Of a DNA stretch of 64,000 nucleotides, positions 39,008-48,161 are shown in pieces (position 1 is the first letter of the stretch; each line of letters opens with the position of its first letter). Below the pieces are notes generated by a model that worked only from the letters and a program-made list of their open reading frames with translations, was not told where the DNA came from and searched no databases. The DNA comes from Methanocella sp. (GTDB lineage Archaea > Thermoproteota > Bathyarchaeia > Bathyarchaeales > Bathycorpusculaceae): positions 1-64,000 of the forward strand of contig JBLNCY010000018.1 in NCBI GenBank assembly GCA_050261115.1. The letters run 5' to 3'. The translations under genes and the position numbers were made by a program.

Positions 39008-39258
39008 AGATACTCTATCCTTTAGTTTTTCCTTGCAGTAAAACAATGAAGACCCATATAAATATGTCTCCCAAGCAGGTTGTAAACAACAGTGCTCAAG
39101 AACGGTGTCAAGCCTCACCCGCAACCGTCTAAACACAGCGCTATAAGGCTCCATGCGGGGGTAACCGCTGCGTCACCGAGCACTCAACCAGCAGACATAT
39201 GGTTAAGCGGGTATTAATTGATTATCCAAAGCAGAGTCATAAAAAGAGGTATCAAGTC

Positions 39259-40017
39259 CTATTCTACACAGAGCCGCAGCAGTGACTCGAAATTTTCGCG
39301 GGTCCTCTCTTTTCGGTATCTCCGTAGTGCCGCAACCAGTTCTTCTCGGTTTCTTGGACCTAAAACCTGTGCGATTGACCTGCAGACTTCGCTGTTACCT
39401 TGAAATAGGAACTGGCAGACTGAGGTGACGTTAGAAGCGTTGCGTGTGGTACTTGCGGTTTCAAAATCCACAATAAACGGTTTATCCTGCTTACTGACAA
39501 GGATGTGTTTGGGTGCTTTGCTAATTTCCCCATGATCTAAACCGATCGCATCAAGTCGCCAGCACTGCTCCAAAACCTCAGCAACTAACCTGTGAACTTC
39601 CGTTGAGCTCCGATGTAGGGTAAGCCATTCCTCAAGGGAGCCTCCATCTATGAGTTCCATCAACAAAAAATGCCCAGTAACCGCGACGAACTTTGGGCCC
39701 ACACCAACCGCATTTGCCCTTCTGAGTAGCTCCGCTTCTCGCTCCAGACTGGGTCGACCGGAGTCAATCCGCAGCATCTTTAGTGCCAACCGCTCGCCAC
39801 CGATCTGCGCCACCACAACAATGCCCACATAGCCCTTGCCTAACACCTGCAGGGCATGTGCTGAGGTCTTGCCGCTAAACTCGACTGCTTCAACCCCTAA
39901 CTCTTCAAGCTCGTTTATGCGAACTTGCATCTCAACAGAGATTGCTCTAGGGTAGCATACTACAGATGCAAACGGCTCATCGGATAACTGCTGTATTGAT
40001 GCTCTAATTGTTCTCAT
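39259..40017 (-). CDS. RIO/Bud32-like Ser/Thr kinase
   Basis: LGKGYVG, ALK, LLMELIDG, LDHGEIS, IVDFE. Confidence 0.85.
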   Translation of the reverse strand: MRTIRASIQQLSDEPFASVVCYPRAISVEMQVRINELEELGVEAVEFSGKTSAHALQVLGKGYVGIVVVAQIGGERLALKMLRIDSGRPSLEREAELLRRANAVGVGPKFVAVTGHFLLMELIDGGSLEEWLTLHRSSTEVHRLVAEVLEQCWRLDAIGLDHGEISKAPKHILVSKQDKPFIVDFETASTTRNASNVTSVCQFLFQGNSEVCRSIAQVLGPRNREELVAALRRYRKERTRENFESLLRLCVE

Positions 40018-40072
40018 TAACCTATTACTAGGGGAATTTACTTAAAGATACTACGTTAGGAAAATGATTTCT

Positions 40073-40513
40073 TTAACGCTCTGCTCTCCTTAAAATTTCT
40101 TTATATTGTTCTAAAGTAAGGTAGCTGTAAAGTTGTGAGAACCGAAAGTCGGCAAAAACGTCGGACTCCATCAACTCGCTTTTTGTTGGATGAAATCGGT
40201 AAATCTTAATGCTTCCTGGGTCAAGTGTTATGCATTTTTTATAGTGACCAGAAAAAGTTTCAGGAATTTCGTCTTTCTCTGTTAATGTTTGAACCCCTTC
40301 TTTTATGATTGCTTCCCCAAAAATCTGATTATCAAACGAAAAGAGTACCTTTGAACCGATTGGTAAAGAGGGGACAGATTTTCGAAAATAATACCTGTGG
40401 GGATACTCTATTTTCCCCTTTAACCAATTGATCGGCCCAATGATTGAGACAGCGCTTCGGAAAGTCGGGTCCTTCTTTGAGAGTGAAAAGACACAGATTT
40501 TGGTTTCACTCAT
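40073..40513 (-). CDS. Hypothetical protein, possibly EVE/PUA-like fold
   Basis: GSKVLF...IFGEAII pattern; AT-rich gene. Confidence 0.55.
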   Translation of the reverse strand: MSETKICVFSLSKKDPTFRSAVSIIGPINWLKGKIEYPHRYYFRKSVPSLPIGSKVLFSFDNQIFGEAIIKEGVQTLTEKDEIPETFSGHYKKCITLDPGSIKIYRFHPTKSELMESDVFADFRFSQLYSYLTLEQYKEILRRAER

Positions 40514-41131
40514 TTCTAGATAACACTCAATTATTTCATCTACAGATTACCGATTGATTTAGGTCACGTGCGTTAAGAAGTTTACGTGTGCACCCAATTA
40601 TAACCGCCAACCGCAAGCTATCCTGAGTGGACGCTACGCCCGTTGACCCCCAAGCCGTTATGCACTTCATAAGCGGAGCTACATCACCCAAGACATCGAT
40701 GGCTAACGCTTCTGTAAGCGGAGTAGGCATATGTATTGTAAAGAAAAAGGATGCGTAAGCTAAATCAACAAAAAACACCGAAAGAGGTACACACGCAACC
40801 GCAAGCAACAGAGTGCCACAAGGTTGCGGCGTAGCCTTGCGAAGGGTTTAAGATAAAGATTCGCTGCGCCACAGGTTAAGCTGGACACAGCCGCAAACAA
40901 CAAGGGGTAATTGGCTAATCCCCCGAACGTTATGCGGCTAAGCAGAAAGGCAAAAAAAGTCTCCAAACAGCCCCACGGCACATATACCCAGAGCCGCCGC
41001 TTCGCTGGTCAAATCAAACTGCCATGCACTTTATTTAAAATCCGAACAAAGTTTACCAGCCAACACTAAGAAGAGCTAAAAGAGATAATAAGAACAACAT
41101 TTCAACTAGTGCCTGTTTTACGGGTTTAGAG

Positions 41132-43252
41132 ATGCCACGGTTTAGACATATCCCCCAGATTCAGCAGTTAATGAGCAAAAAAGACTGCATACGCAACATC
41201 GGGATAATCGCCCATATAGACCATGGCAAAACCACGTTGGCAGATGCCCTTTTAGCGGGAGCAGGGTTGCTATCTTCGCAGATGGCGGGTACGGCACGGG
41301 TGCTAGATTACTTGGCGGAAGAGCAGAAACGCAAAATCACCATAAAAACCGCCAACATCACCCTACTCTACAGCCATGGCGGCGAACAGTACATAATCAA
41401 CTTAGTGGATACGCCGGGGCATGTGGATTTTACTGGAAAAGTCACCCGGGCACTTCGCATCATCGACGGCGCCGTGGTGCTGGTGGATGCGGTGGAAGAG
41501 ATTATGGCGCAAACCGAAATCTTAACCCGCCAAGCCCTACAAGAACGCGTCCAACCGGTCCTTTTCATAAACAAAATCGACCGCTTAATCACCGAACTTC
41601 AACTAAGCGAAGAACAAATCCAGAAAAAACTCAACCACATCATAGGCACCTTCAACGACCTCATCGACCTATACGCTGAAGCCCCATTCAAGAGTCAATG
41701 GAAAATCAGCCCCAAACAAGGCAACATAGCGTTAGGCGCAGCACTGCATGGCTGGGGTTTCACATTAAACGGTGCAAAACAGAAGGGCATCAAATTCAGC
41801 AACATCATAGCCGCCTACAAAAACCTCGACTGGACAAAACTCAAGCAAACCATGCCCGTACAGGAAGCCATAATCGAGATGGCAATAAAATCGGTGCCTA
41901 ACCCCCGAGAGGCACAGAGCTATCGAATCGGCGGCATATGGGAAGGAAACCCCAACTCCAAAGCCGGACAAGCCCTGATACACTGCAGCGACGAAGGCCC
42001 AACAGCGGTGTTTGTAACCAACGCCTATACAGACGACAACGGAGACACCACAGCATCAGGCAGAATATTCTCAGGAAAAGTCAAGAAGTCTGATAAACTC
42101 CAATTAATCCGAGCTGCAATCCGAGCCGAAGTGGAAGCTAAAGCTGTTTATGTAGATATGGGCGCATTGCGAGAGGAGGTACCTGAAGCATCCGCAGGCA
42201 GCCTAGTCACCCTAACCCTAGACGGGAAGGTGGCGGCAGGTGAGACGCTTGGGGGTTCAATGCAAGAGGAAGAGGGGTTGGTACCCTTTGAGGGTATATC
42301 CTATGTCTCTGAGCCAGTCGTAACAGTGGCAATTGAGCCCAAAAACCCAAAAGACATCGACGCCCTACAGAAAAGCCTCGGCAAACTGGCCACAGAGGAC
42401 CCTAATCTCAAAGCATTCGTTAACGAAATCACCGGCGAGTACCTACTAAGCGGCATGGGCGAGCTCCATCTGGAAGTCACCTTAAACCAACTGAAAAACA
42501 ACGGCTTAGAAGTTGTGGTCTCTTCTCCTCGGGTCGTCTACATGGAGAGCGTCACAAAGGCCGGCGCAGCAGCGTTGGCTCGAAGCCCTAACAAGCAAAA
42601 CAGCTTCCGCATAAAAGTTGAACCCCAACAACAAAACGCCGAAAAAAACAGAGGCGTACTTGTCACGGCTGATGAGCACCAAAACTGTCTATTAGATGTC
42701 AGCTCCAAAACGCAGCAGCTATCCCCAGAAGTGCTTCAGGCCATCATCTCTGGATTCAAGTATGCCGCCCAGGCGGGTCCCTTATGCGGAGAACCCATGC
42801 GTCAAGTACAAGTAGACCTAGTAGACATGGAGCTTTCCGCCGATGCAACTGGCGACTCGGAGGTTATGCGTGGCGTCGGCAAAGCCATCTTTGGCAGCTA
42901 TCTCACCGCCAACCCCGCGCTACTTGAGCCCATCTACAAGATAATAATAACCGTAGCCTCGGAGCTATCCAGCGAATCCTCCCGAATACTCCAAACCAGC
43001 CGAGGCCAAGTCACCGGATTTGAACAAAAGGGCCTCTTAACCCAAATCACAGGCTTCATACCCGTCGCTGAAACCTTCGGATTCTCCAAAGAACTCCGCT
43101 CGGCAACCTCTGGAAGAGCGTTTTGGCAATCGTTTTTTAGCCATTGGGAAAAAGTCCCCCAAAAACAGGCAAGCGAAGTCATAGCGGAACTACGGAGACG
43201 CAAAGGGTTAGCGCCTGAGGTTCCGTCGCCTGAAAAGTTTATGGAGCAATAG
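41132..43252 (+). CDS. Elongation factor 2 paralog (aEF-2p-like)
   Basis: AHIDHGKTT, DTPGHVDF, NKID, GMGELHLE, LRSATSGRA; lacks the HRG diphthamide loop. Confidence 0.85.
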   Translation: MPRFRHIPQIQQLMSKKDCIRNIGIIAHIDHGKTTLADALLAGAGLLSSQMAGTARVLDYLAEEQKRKITIKTANITLLYSHGGEQYIINLVDTPGHVDFTGKVTRALRIIDGAVVLVDAVEEIMAQTEILTRQALQERVQPVLFINKIDRLITELQLSEEQIQKKLNHIIGTFNDLIDLYAEAPFKSQWKISPKQGNIALGAALHGWGFTLNGAKQKGIKFSNIIAAYKNLDWTKLKQTMPVQEAIIEMAIKSVPNPREAQSYRIGGIWEGNPNSKAGQALIHCSDEGPTAVFVTNAYTDDNGDTTASGRIFSGKVKKSDKLQLIRAAIRAEVEAKAVYVDMGALREEVPEASAGSLVTLTLDGKVAAGETLGGSMQEEEGLVPFEGISYVSEPVVTVAIEPKNPKDIDALQKSLGKLATEDPNLKAFVNEITGEYLLSGMGELHLEVTLNQLKNNGLEVVVSSPRVVYMESVTKAGAAALARSPNKQNSFRIKVEPQQQNAEKNRGVLVTADEHQNCLLDVSSKTQQLSPEVLQAIISGFKYAAQAGPLCGEPMRQVQVDLVDMELSADATGDSEVMRGVGKAIFGSYLTANPALLEPIYKIIITVASELSSESSRILQTSRGQVTGFEQKGLLTQITGFIPVAETFGFSKELRSATSGRAFWQSFFSHWEKVPQKQASEVIAELRRRKGLAPEVPSPEKFMEQ

Positions 43253-43253
43253 T

Positions 43254-44114
43254 ATGCTGCTTGATGTTGCGTTTGATTTGGATTTCTCGCTTTGCTGCGG
43301 CCAAGTTTTCCGATGGAAGAAGGAGGGAGACTGGTGGTTTGGCGTTGTGGCTGATAAAGTCATAAAGATCCGTCAGTGTGGTTGCGAGTTAGAGTTTGAG
43401 GGTGCTGATGAGAGCTTTGTGCGCTGGTACTTTAGGTTGGGCGACGATTTAGCCTCTATAGCCCGTTGCGTTGACAGAGACAGCTTTATTCATGCGGCGC
43501 TCCAACGCTATATAGGGCTACGGTTGGTGCGTCAGGAGCCCTGGAACTGCCTTGTCGGCTTCATATGCTCGATACAAAAAAACATCCCGGCGATCGAACA
43601 AATGCTCGCGAAAATGTCAGCTAAATATGGCCAGAAACGGCAGTTCGGCGGAAAAACATTTTACCTCCTTCCCACCCCAGAGCAGCTGGCGCATGCAAGC
43701 GAGTACGGCTTAAGAGAGTGCGGTCTGGGGTTCCGCGCCAAATACGTAAAGGCAACCGCCGAAAAGATGCTTGAGGAAGGCTTTGACCTCAATAGTTTAA
43801 GGGATTTGTCTTATGTTGAAGCACGTGAACGACTGCGTGAGTTTATGGGTGTAGGGTTTAAGGTGGCCGATTGCGTGCTGCTGTTCTCGCTAGATAAGAC
43901 CGAGGCGTTCCCCGTCGATGTCTGGGTAAAACGAGCCATACTCAATCACTACTCCGACAAGCTTCCTTCGGAATTCGTGAAAAGGCTACAGGGCCATACA
44001 ACCTTAACTGACAGTGAGTACCTGAAAATCGGAGACTTCGCCAGAAACTACTTTGGACGCTACGCGGGCTATGCTCAGCAGTACCTCTACCATCACGAGC
44101 GAACGCAACGTTAA
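43254..44114 (+). CDS. 8-oxoguanine DNA glycosylase (OGG1-type HhH-GPD)
   Basis: GQVFRW, GLGFRAKY, GVGFKVADCVLLF, FPVDVW, YAGYAQQYL. Confidence 0.92.
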   Translation: MLLDVAFDLDFSLCCGQVFRWKKEGDWWFGVVADKVIKIRQCGCELEFEGADESFVRWYFRLGDDLASIARCVDRDSFIHAALQRYIGLRLVRQEPWNCLVGFICSIQKNIPAIEQMLAKMSAKYGQKRQFGGKTFYLLPTPEQLAHASEYGLRECGLGFRAKYVKATAEKMLEEGFDLNSLRDLSYVEARERLREFMGVGFKVADCVLLFSLDKTEAFPVDVWVKRAILNHYSDKLPSEFVKRLQGHTTLTDSEYLKIGDFARNYFGRYAGYAQQYLYHHERTQR

Positions 44115-44149
44115 AATCGGGTCGGCTAGCATTTTGTGCTGATGCCAAT

Positions 44150-44401
44150 ATGAGTGAAAGCAAAATTGACGCGTTATTTAGAGATAGACGGGCTTTTTTG
44201 AGGCAATCAACCAAAGACTACGCTTTAGGCGGCAACAACATGCTAGATGACATCGAGGGCGTATTGAAGGAGGCGAAGGCGGAGCTGTTTCATAATCTAG
44301 AGCTTGCCAGCTGCCTAAGAGAGGAAAGCGAGGAGGCATACCAGAAAGAGTGCCTAAGCATGTATGCAGCTTGGGTAGCAAAATGGTTCGGAACACCATA
44401 A
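44150..44401 (+). CDS. Hypothetical protein
   Basis: 83-aa helical ORF following ogg. Confidence 0.55.
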   Translation: MSESKIDALFRDRRAFLRQSTKDYALGGNNMLDDIEGVLKEAKAELFHNLELASCLREESEEAYQKECLSMYAAWVAKWFGTP

Positions 44402-44425
44402 CCCATAAAAATTTTTAAACAACCT

Positions 44426-44489
44426 CCCAAGCCTTAGTTGAACCCCTGGTTGACTCTATATATACGGGAGGAATCTCTCGGCAAAGCAG
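44426..44489 (+). repeat. Dispersed intergenic repeat, copy 4 (extended form)
   Basis: cccaagccttagttgaacccctggttgactctatatatacgggaggaatctctcggcaaagcag. Confidence 0.88.
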
Positions 44490-44501
44490 TAAGCGTATTC
44501 C

Positions 44502-44933
44502 ATGCCAAAAGAAAGTAGCCTAGAGGCTTTTATTCTCCGCAAACAAACTAGTCATGGTGATTTTTTGTCAGCCTCACTTAACACAGAAAGCGAATGGAAT
44601 TTCCGCAAACTCGACAAACGCTTAGTCACGGTTAAATCGAAAGCGCCAAGTGTCGGCAAAGTGGCGGTTCTAGACGCCCAAACCAACATCCTCTTTATGG
44701 TGCAGGTTAACCCCGGCGTATCCGCAACCCCCATAGAGCAGCTAGAAATCGGCAAAGAATACCTCTTCAACCTTAAAGTGGAAACCTCAAAAGACCTCTC
44801 CGGCGTCAAAGCCGATGCAGTCAGCTTCTTTGAAGCCCTCGACATAGACCAAACCACAGAGGACTTTATCAAAGCGTACTGGCTCTATCCCACCAAAGTA
44901 AGGTTCCAACTAACAGAAGTCGAAGAACCCTAA
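44502..44933 (+). CDS. Hypothetical protein
   Basis: 143-aa ORF starting 13 bp after repeat copy 4. Confidence 0.65.
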   Translation: MPKESSLEAFILRKQTSHGDFLSASLNTESEWNFRKLDKRLVTVKSKAPSVGKVAVLDAQTNILFMVQVNPGVSATPIEQLEIGKEYLFNLKVETSKDLSGVKADAVSFFEALDIDQTTEDFIKAYWLYPTKVRFQLTEVEEP

Positions 44934-44939
44934 AGGTGT

Positions 44940-45845
44940 TTAGCGGAGGACCATGTTGACGAATTTTTCGGGGTTAAACAATTCGAGGTCCTTGTAGGTT
45001 TGGCCGACTCCGATGAATAGTATGGGTTTCTTTGTTACAAAAGTCACGCTTAGCGCGGAGCCGCCTTTGACGTCTGCGTCTACTTTGGTGAGGATGGTTG
45101 CGTCGATGCCGACTGCCTTGTTGAATTCTTCGGCTTGCATGACTGCATCGTTGCCGATGAGGGAGTCGACGGTGAATATGGTAAAGTCTGGCTTAACGAC
45201 CCGTTTAACCTTGGTTAACTCGTTCATCAGGTTCTGGTTAGTCTGCATGCGGCCTGCAGTGTCGATTAAAACTATGTTGATTCCGTGTGCTTTGGCGTGG
45301 TTAACTGCGTCGTATGCTACTGCTGCGGGGTCGCCGCCGTAGGTGCTTTTGATTACCCGTATGCCTAAGCGTTTGCCATGCTCCTCTAGCTGCTCAATTG
45401 AGCCCGCCCGGTAGGTGTCTGCGCCTGCGAGCACGCCGGAGTAGCCTTTTTCCTGGAAGAACTTGGCTACTTTGGCTATGGTGGTGGTTTTACCCGTACC
45501 GTTAATACCTATAAACATCAGCACTAGGGGCTCTTTTTTGCGGCGTTTCTCCTCTGCCTTCTGTAGCAGGTCTATCCGCTCGTTGGTTAACATAACTTCC
45601 AGCAGAACCTGACGCAGGTTGTCATTAACGATTTGTTTGCGGTCTTCAAGCCGCTTAACCTGCACACCATCTAAGCGTGCGGCGAGGTCATCGCAGATTT
45701 TATCTGCCACAGGAAACGCAACGTCATTCTCCACTAAGCTCATCTTAAAATCGGATAAAATAGGTGTTAGGTTTTCAGCTTTAAGTTCGGTTGTGGTGAC
45801 TTTGGTGACTAAGCCTTTGAAACCGGACTTTAGCTTCTCAAACAT
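44940..45845 (-). CDS. ftsY: Signal recognition particle receptor FtsY
   Basis: GINGTGKTTT, DTYRAG, DTAGR, TKVDADVKGG. Confidence 0.97.
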   Translation of the reverse strand: MFEKLKSGFKGLVTKVTTTELKAENLTPILSDFKMSLVENDVAFPVADKICDDLAARLDGVQVKRLEDRKQIVNDNLRQVLLEVMLTNERIDLLQKAEEKRRKKEPLVLMFIGINGTGKTTTIAKVAKFFQEKGYSGVLAGADTYRAGSIEQLEEHGKRLGIRVIKSTYGGDPAAVAYDAVNHAKAHGINIVLIDTAGRMQTNQNLMNELTKVKRVVKPDFTIFTVDSLIGNDAVMQAEEFNKAVGIDATILTKVDADVKGGSALSVTFVTKKPILFIGVGQTYKDLELFNPEKFVNMVLR

Positions 45846-45850
45846 TTGGC

Positions 45851-46291
45851 TTACTGGTTCCCTGCTCTTGATTGCGCAAGCAACGTCTCGAGCCTGCCGC
45901 GTCCGCTGTTGATGCGTTCGGCGATTTGGCTGAATTGTTGCTGAGCGGCGTTCATGGTTTTCTCTAACTCGTCTAAGCGTTCCTTGAGTGTTGCCTTAGC
46001 TTGAGCCAATGGCTGCTCTACGGAGACGCCTGAGCCCATGCCGACGATGACTTTGCTTGAGTCTGCGAGTTTGACTTTGACATATGAGCTGCCGCCAATG
46101 GGAACCAGCATTTCTACGTTCTCTTTCTCTTTTTCTATGCCGTCTAGGGTTGCGTTGGCGTAGGTTAAGTCAGCGATGGCTGCGTTTACCATGCTGATGC
46201 GCTGCTGAAGCATCTCTGCTGTCTGTTCTAGATAGCGCATCTCTACGCTTAGACGGCGGAGTTCCTCTTCGGCTGGTGCTCTCTGAGACAC
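45851..46291 (-). CDS. pfdA: Prefoldin subunit alpha
   Basis: Coiled coils around LVPIGGSSYV, VIVGMGSGVSVE. Confidence 0.95.
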   Translation of the reverse strand: MSQRAPAEEELRRLSVEMRYLEQTAEMLQQRISMVNAAIADLTYANATLDGIEKEKENVEMLVPIGGSSYVKVKLADSSKVIVGMGSGVSVEQPLAQAKATLKERLDELEKTMNAAQQQFSQIAERINSGRGRLETLLAQSRAGNQ

Positions 46292-46292
46292 T

Positions 46293-46523
46293 TTACTCTT
46301 CCCCGGTAACTATTTTTTTAATGATCGGATCCTCGATTTCGTCAGGTGCCAGCTCTTTTGTGCTGATGATTTTTATGTGGCAACGCCGAACACGGTGTTT
46401 GCTGCCGATGTCAGCGTAGATTTTTTCAACAGCATGCTCGCTTTTGTCTGCTAAGACTTCGCGTGTAAATGGAGTCTGGAGCTCTGGCTTTTTGATTTCA
46501 CCGATTATCTTGAAAGCTTTCAT
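46293..46523 (-). CDS. rpl18a: 50S ribosomal protein eL20 (L18Ae/LX)
   Basis: AVEKIYADIGSKHRVRR..IKI. Confidence 0.93.
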   Translation of the reverse strand: MKAFKIIGEIKKPELQTPFTREVLADKSEHAVEKIYADIGSKHRVRRCHIKIISTKELAPDEIEDPIIKKIVTGEE

Positions 46524-47206
46524 GGTTTTTTCTCTTCCTGCACAACATCCAGTGCATTCCCAATTATAAACATCTCGGGTCCAGTTGTCATGGAACCAGC
46601 CACTGCCGCATGGGAATTGGCGATTAAACCCGTCCCGACATAGGGGATGCCGCAGTTTATGGTGCCCACTTCCACGGGGACTTTAAGTATGCTTTCGAGG
46701 GTTTTCTTTTCTTCCTCTTTGAGCATCGGGTGGGCTAGGACGCCTTTGTTGGTTGTGGTGGCTAATGAACCGACATAGGGCAGCGAGGCGATTTCTGTGG
46801 GCACCACTTCTACGTCTAAGGTGTCAGCGATCTTTTTTACGTCGCTGGGTTTTAGGCGTGGGTCAACTACTGCGCCTTTGTCGTTGGCTAAGACGAGGTT
46901 GCCATAGGCGGTTTTTTTGGTTTCCATGATTGTGATGTTGCCTTTGAAGACGGCTTTTATGCGTTCCAGCTCTTCTTGGCGAACCATGCTGGGTAGTAGC
47001 ATACCGTTGGAGTTTGCGCAGGCAAAGGAGCCTACCAGTACGGAGCCGGCGATGGATGTGTAGATGAGTTCGGTTTGGAGCCAGTCGGCGAATTCTTGAG
47101 CTTTCTCCTGCGGAACCATCACAGGGATAACCACCATCTTCTCAGTGGCTAACGAGTATACGCCGATACTGGGGCTTCCAACTATGCTGGATAAGTAAAC
47201 AGTCAA
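46520..47206 (-). CDS. eif6: Translation initiation factor 6; TTG start
   Basis: ANSNG, GNLVLANDKG, GTINCG, ANSHAAVAG..TTGPE. Confidence 0.95.
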   Translation of the reverse strand: MTVYLSSIVGSPSIGVYSLATEKMVVIPVMVPQEKAQEFADWLQTELIYTSIAGSVLVGSFACANSNGMLLPSMVRQEELERIKAVFKGNITIMETKKTAYGNLVLANDKGAVVDPRLKPSDVKKIADTLDVEVVPTEIASLPYVGSLATTTNKGVLAHPMLKEEEKKTLESILKVPVEVGTINCGIPYVGTGLIANSHAAVAGSMTTGPEMFIIGNALDVVQEEKKP

Positions 47207-47380
47207 GAACAGTATTCTCCTGATACGATTAGCGAAAAGTGTCATGCATTCACCCTATTTTAGATTGCGGTTCACTGAACCATTCAAAATGGAGCCACAG
47301 CGCTATTACCTTCGTCGAAGGAATTTAGGGTATAGTTGGCGCTAACTGAAGTATTGGCGTGTGACCCTCTAAAAACAGGT

Positions 47381-47446
47381 CTGTTGCTTTGCCGAGGATT
47401 CCCTCCCTTATATATAGAACCAACCACAGGTTCAACTTAGGCTGGG
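47381..47446 (-). repeat. Dispersed intergenic repeat, copy 5 (extended form)
   Basis: Reverse complement reads cccagcctaagttgaacctgtggttggttctatatataagggagggaatcctcggcaaagcaacag. Confidence 0.9.
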
Positions 47447-47594
47447 TACTTAAGAGAGACGGTCCTTTTCCTCTACAGTTAGAGCTATCCCTATAGGTCT
47501 AGGCGGGATGGCAGCGGCTATCATGAAGCCATATTCTGGGTGCGAGGCAAAATCTTATTTGGAAGTGTCTCATTAAAAGTGCCGTTTATTGAGT

Positions 47595-47672
<78 letters not shown>

Positions 47673-47748
47673 CCAAACCACTTTTAGAGGTTGATTTCGC
47701 CTTGCCAAGTTATTTAAGAATGTATGGTGAGTATGATGGCTGATAGAT

Positions 47749-48036
47749 TTGTCAGTTAAAAGACTCGGCGTTGGCTTTATTTTTGGTGTATTGCTAGTGG
47801 CTATCGGGTTGTATTCTCTGTATGATTTTGTTTCTATTGATTATGGACCTACTGCACAGGTCTTTGGGGGCTTAGGTTGTATTGTTTTTGGGAGTGCTTT
47901 GATTAAAGCTACCTACCACATCTTTATTACACCAAAAGAAAATAACTTGACACCTGTTAGGGTTTGTCCACACTGTGGCGCTATCGTGGCTAAAAATGCT
48001 AGAGTCTGTAAGAAATGTAAACAACCACTAAGATAA
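47749..48036 (+). CDS. Two-TM protein with C-terminal zinc ribbon
   Basis: CPHCG...CKKC. Confidence 0.75.
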   Translation: MSVKRLGVGFIFGVLLVAIGLYSLYDFVSIDYGPTAQVFGGLGCIVFGSALIKATYHIFITPKENNLTPVRVCPHCGAIVAKNARVCKKCKQPLR

Positions 48037-48161
48037 TTGACCATTAAGAACTAGTTTTGTTATGTCCGCCAAGAAAAAGGGTTCAGTACTGATAAAGCAT
48101 GGGTGCCAAGGCTTTTTTGTAAGCTTTTAAGCTAACGGTGCTATAGCATACGGAGAGTCAT

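Noticed and set aside
39062-39258. RNase P or SRP RNA
   Set aside because: Lacks the GAGGAAAGTCC-type RNase P core and SRP helix 8 motif; too short.
40536-41030. Short hydrophobic minus-strand ORFs (40536-40808, 40760-40981)
   Set aside because: Possibly a frameshifted membrane-protein remnant, but no family was recognisable.
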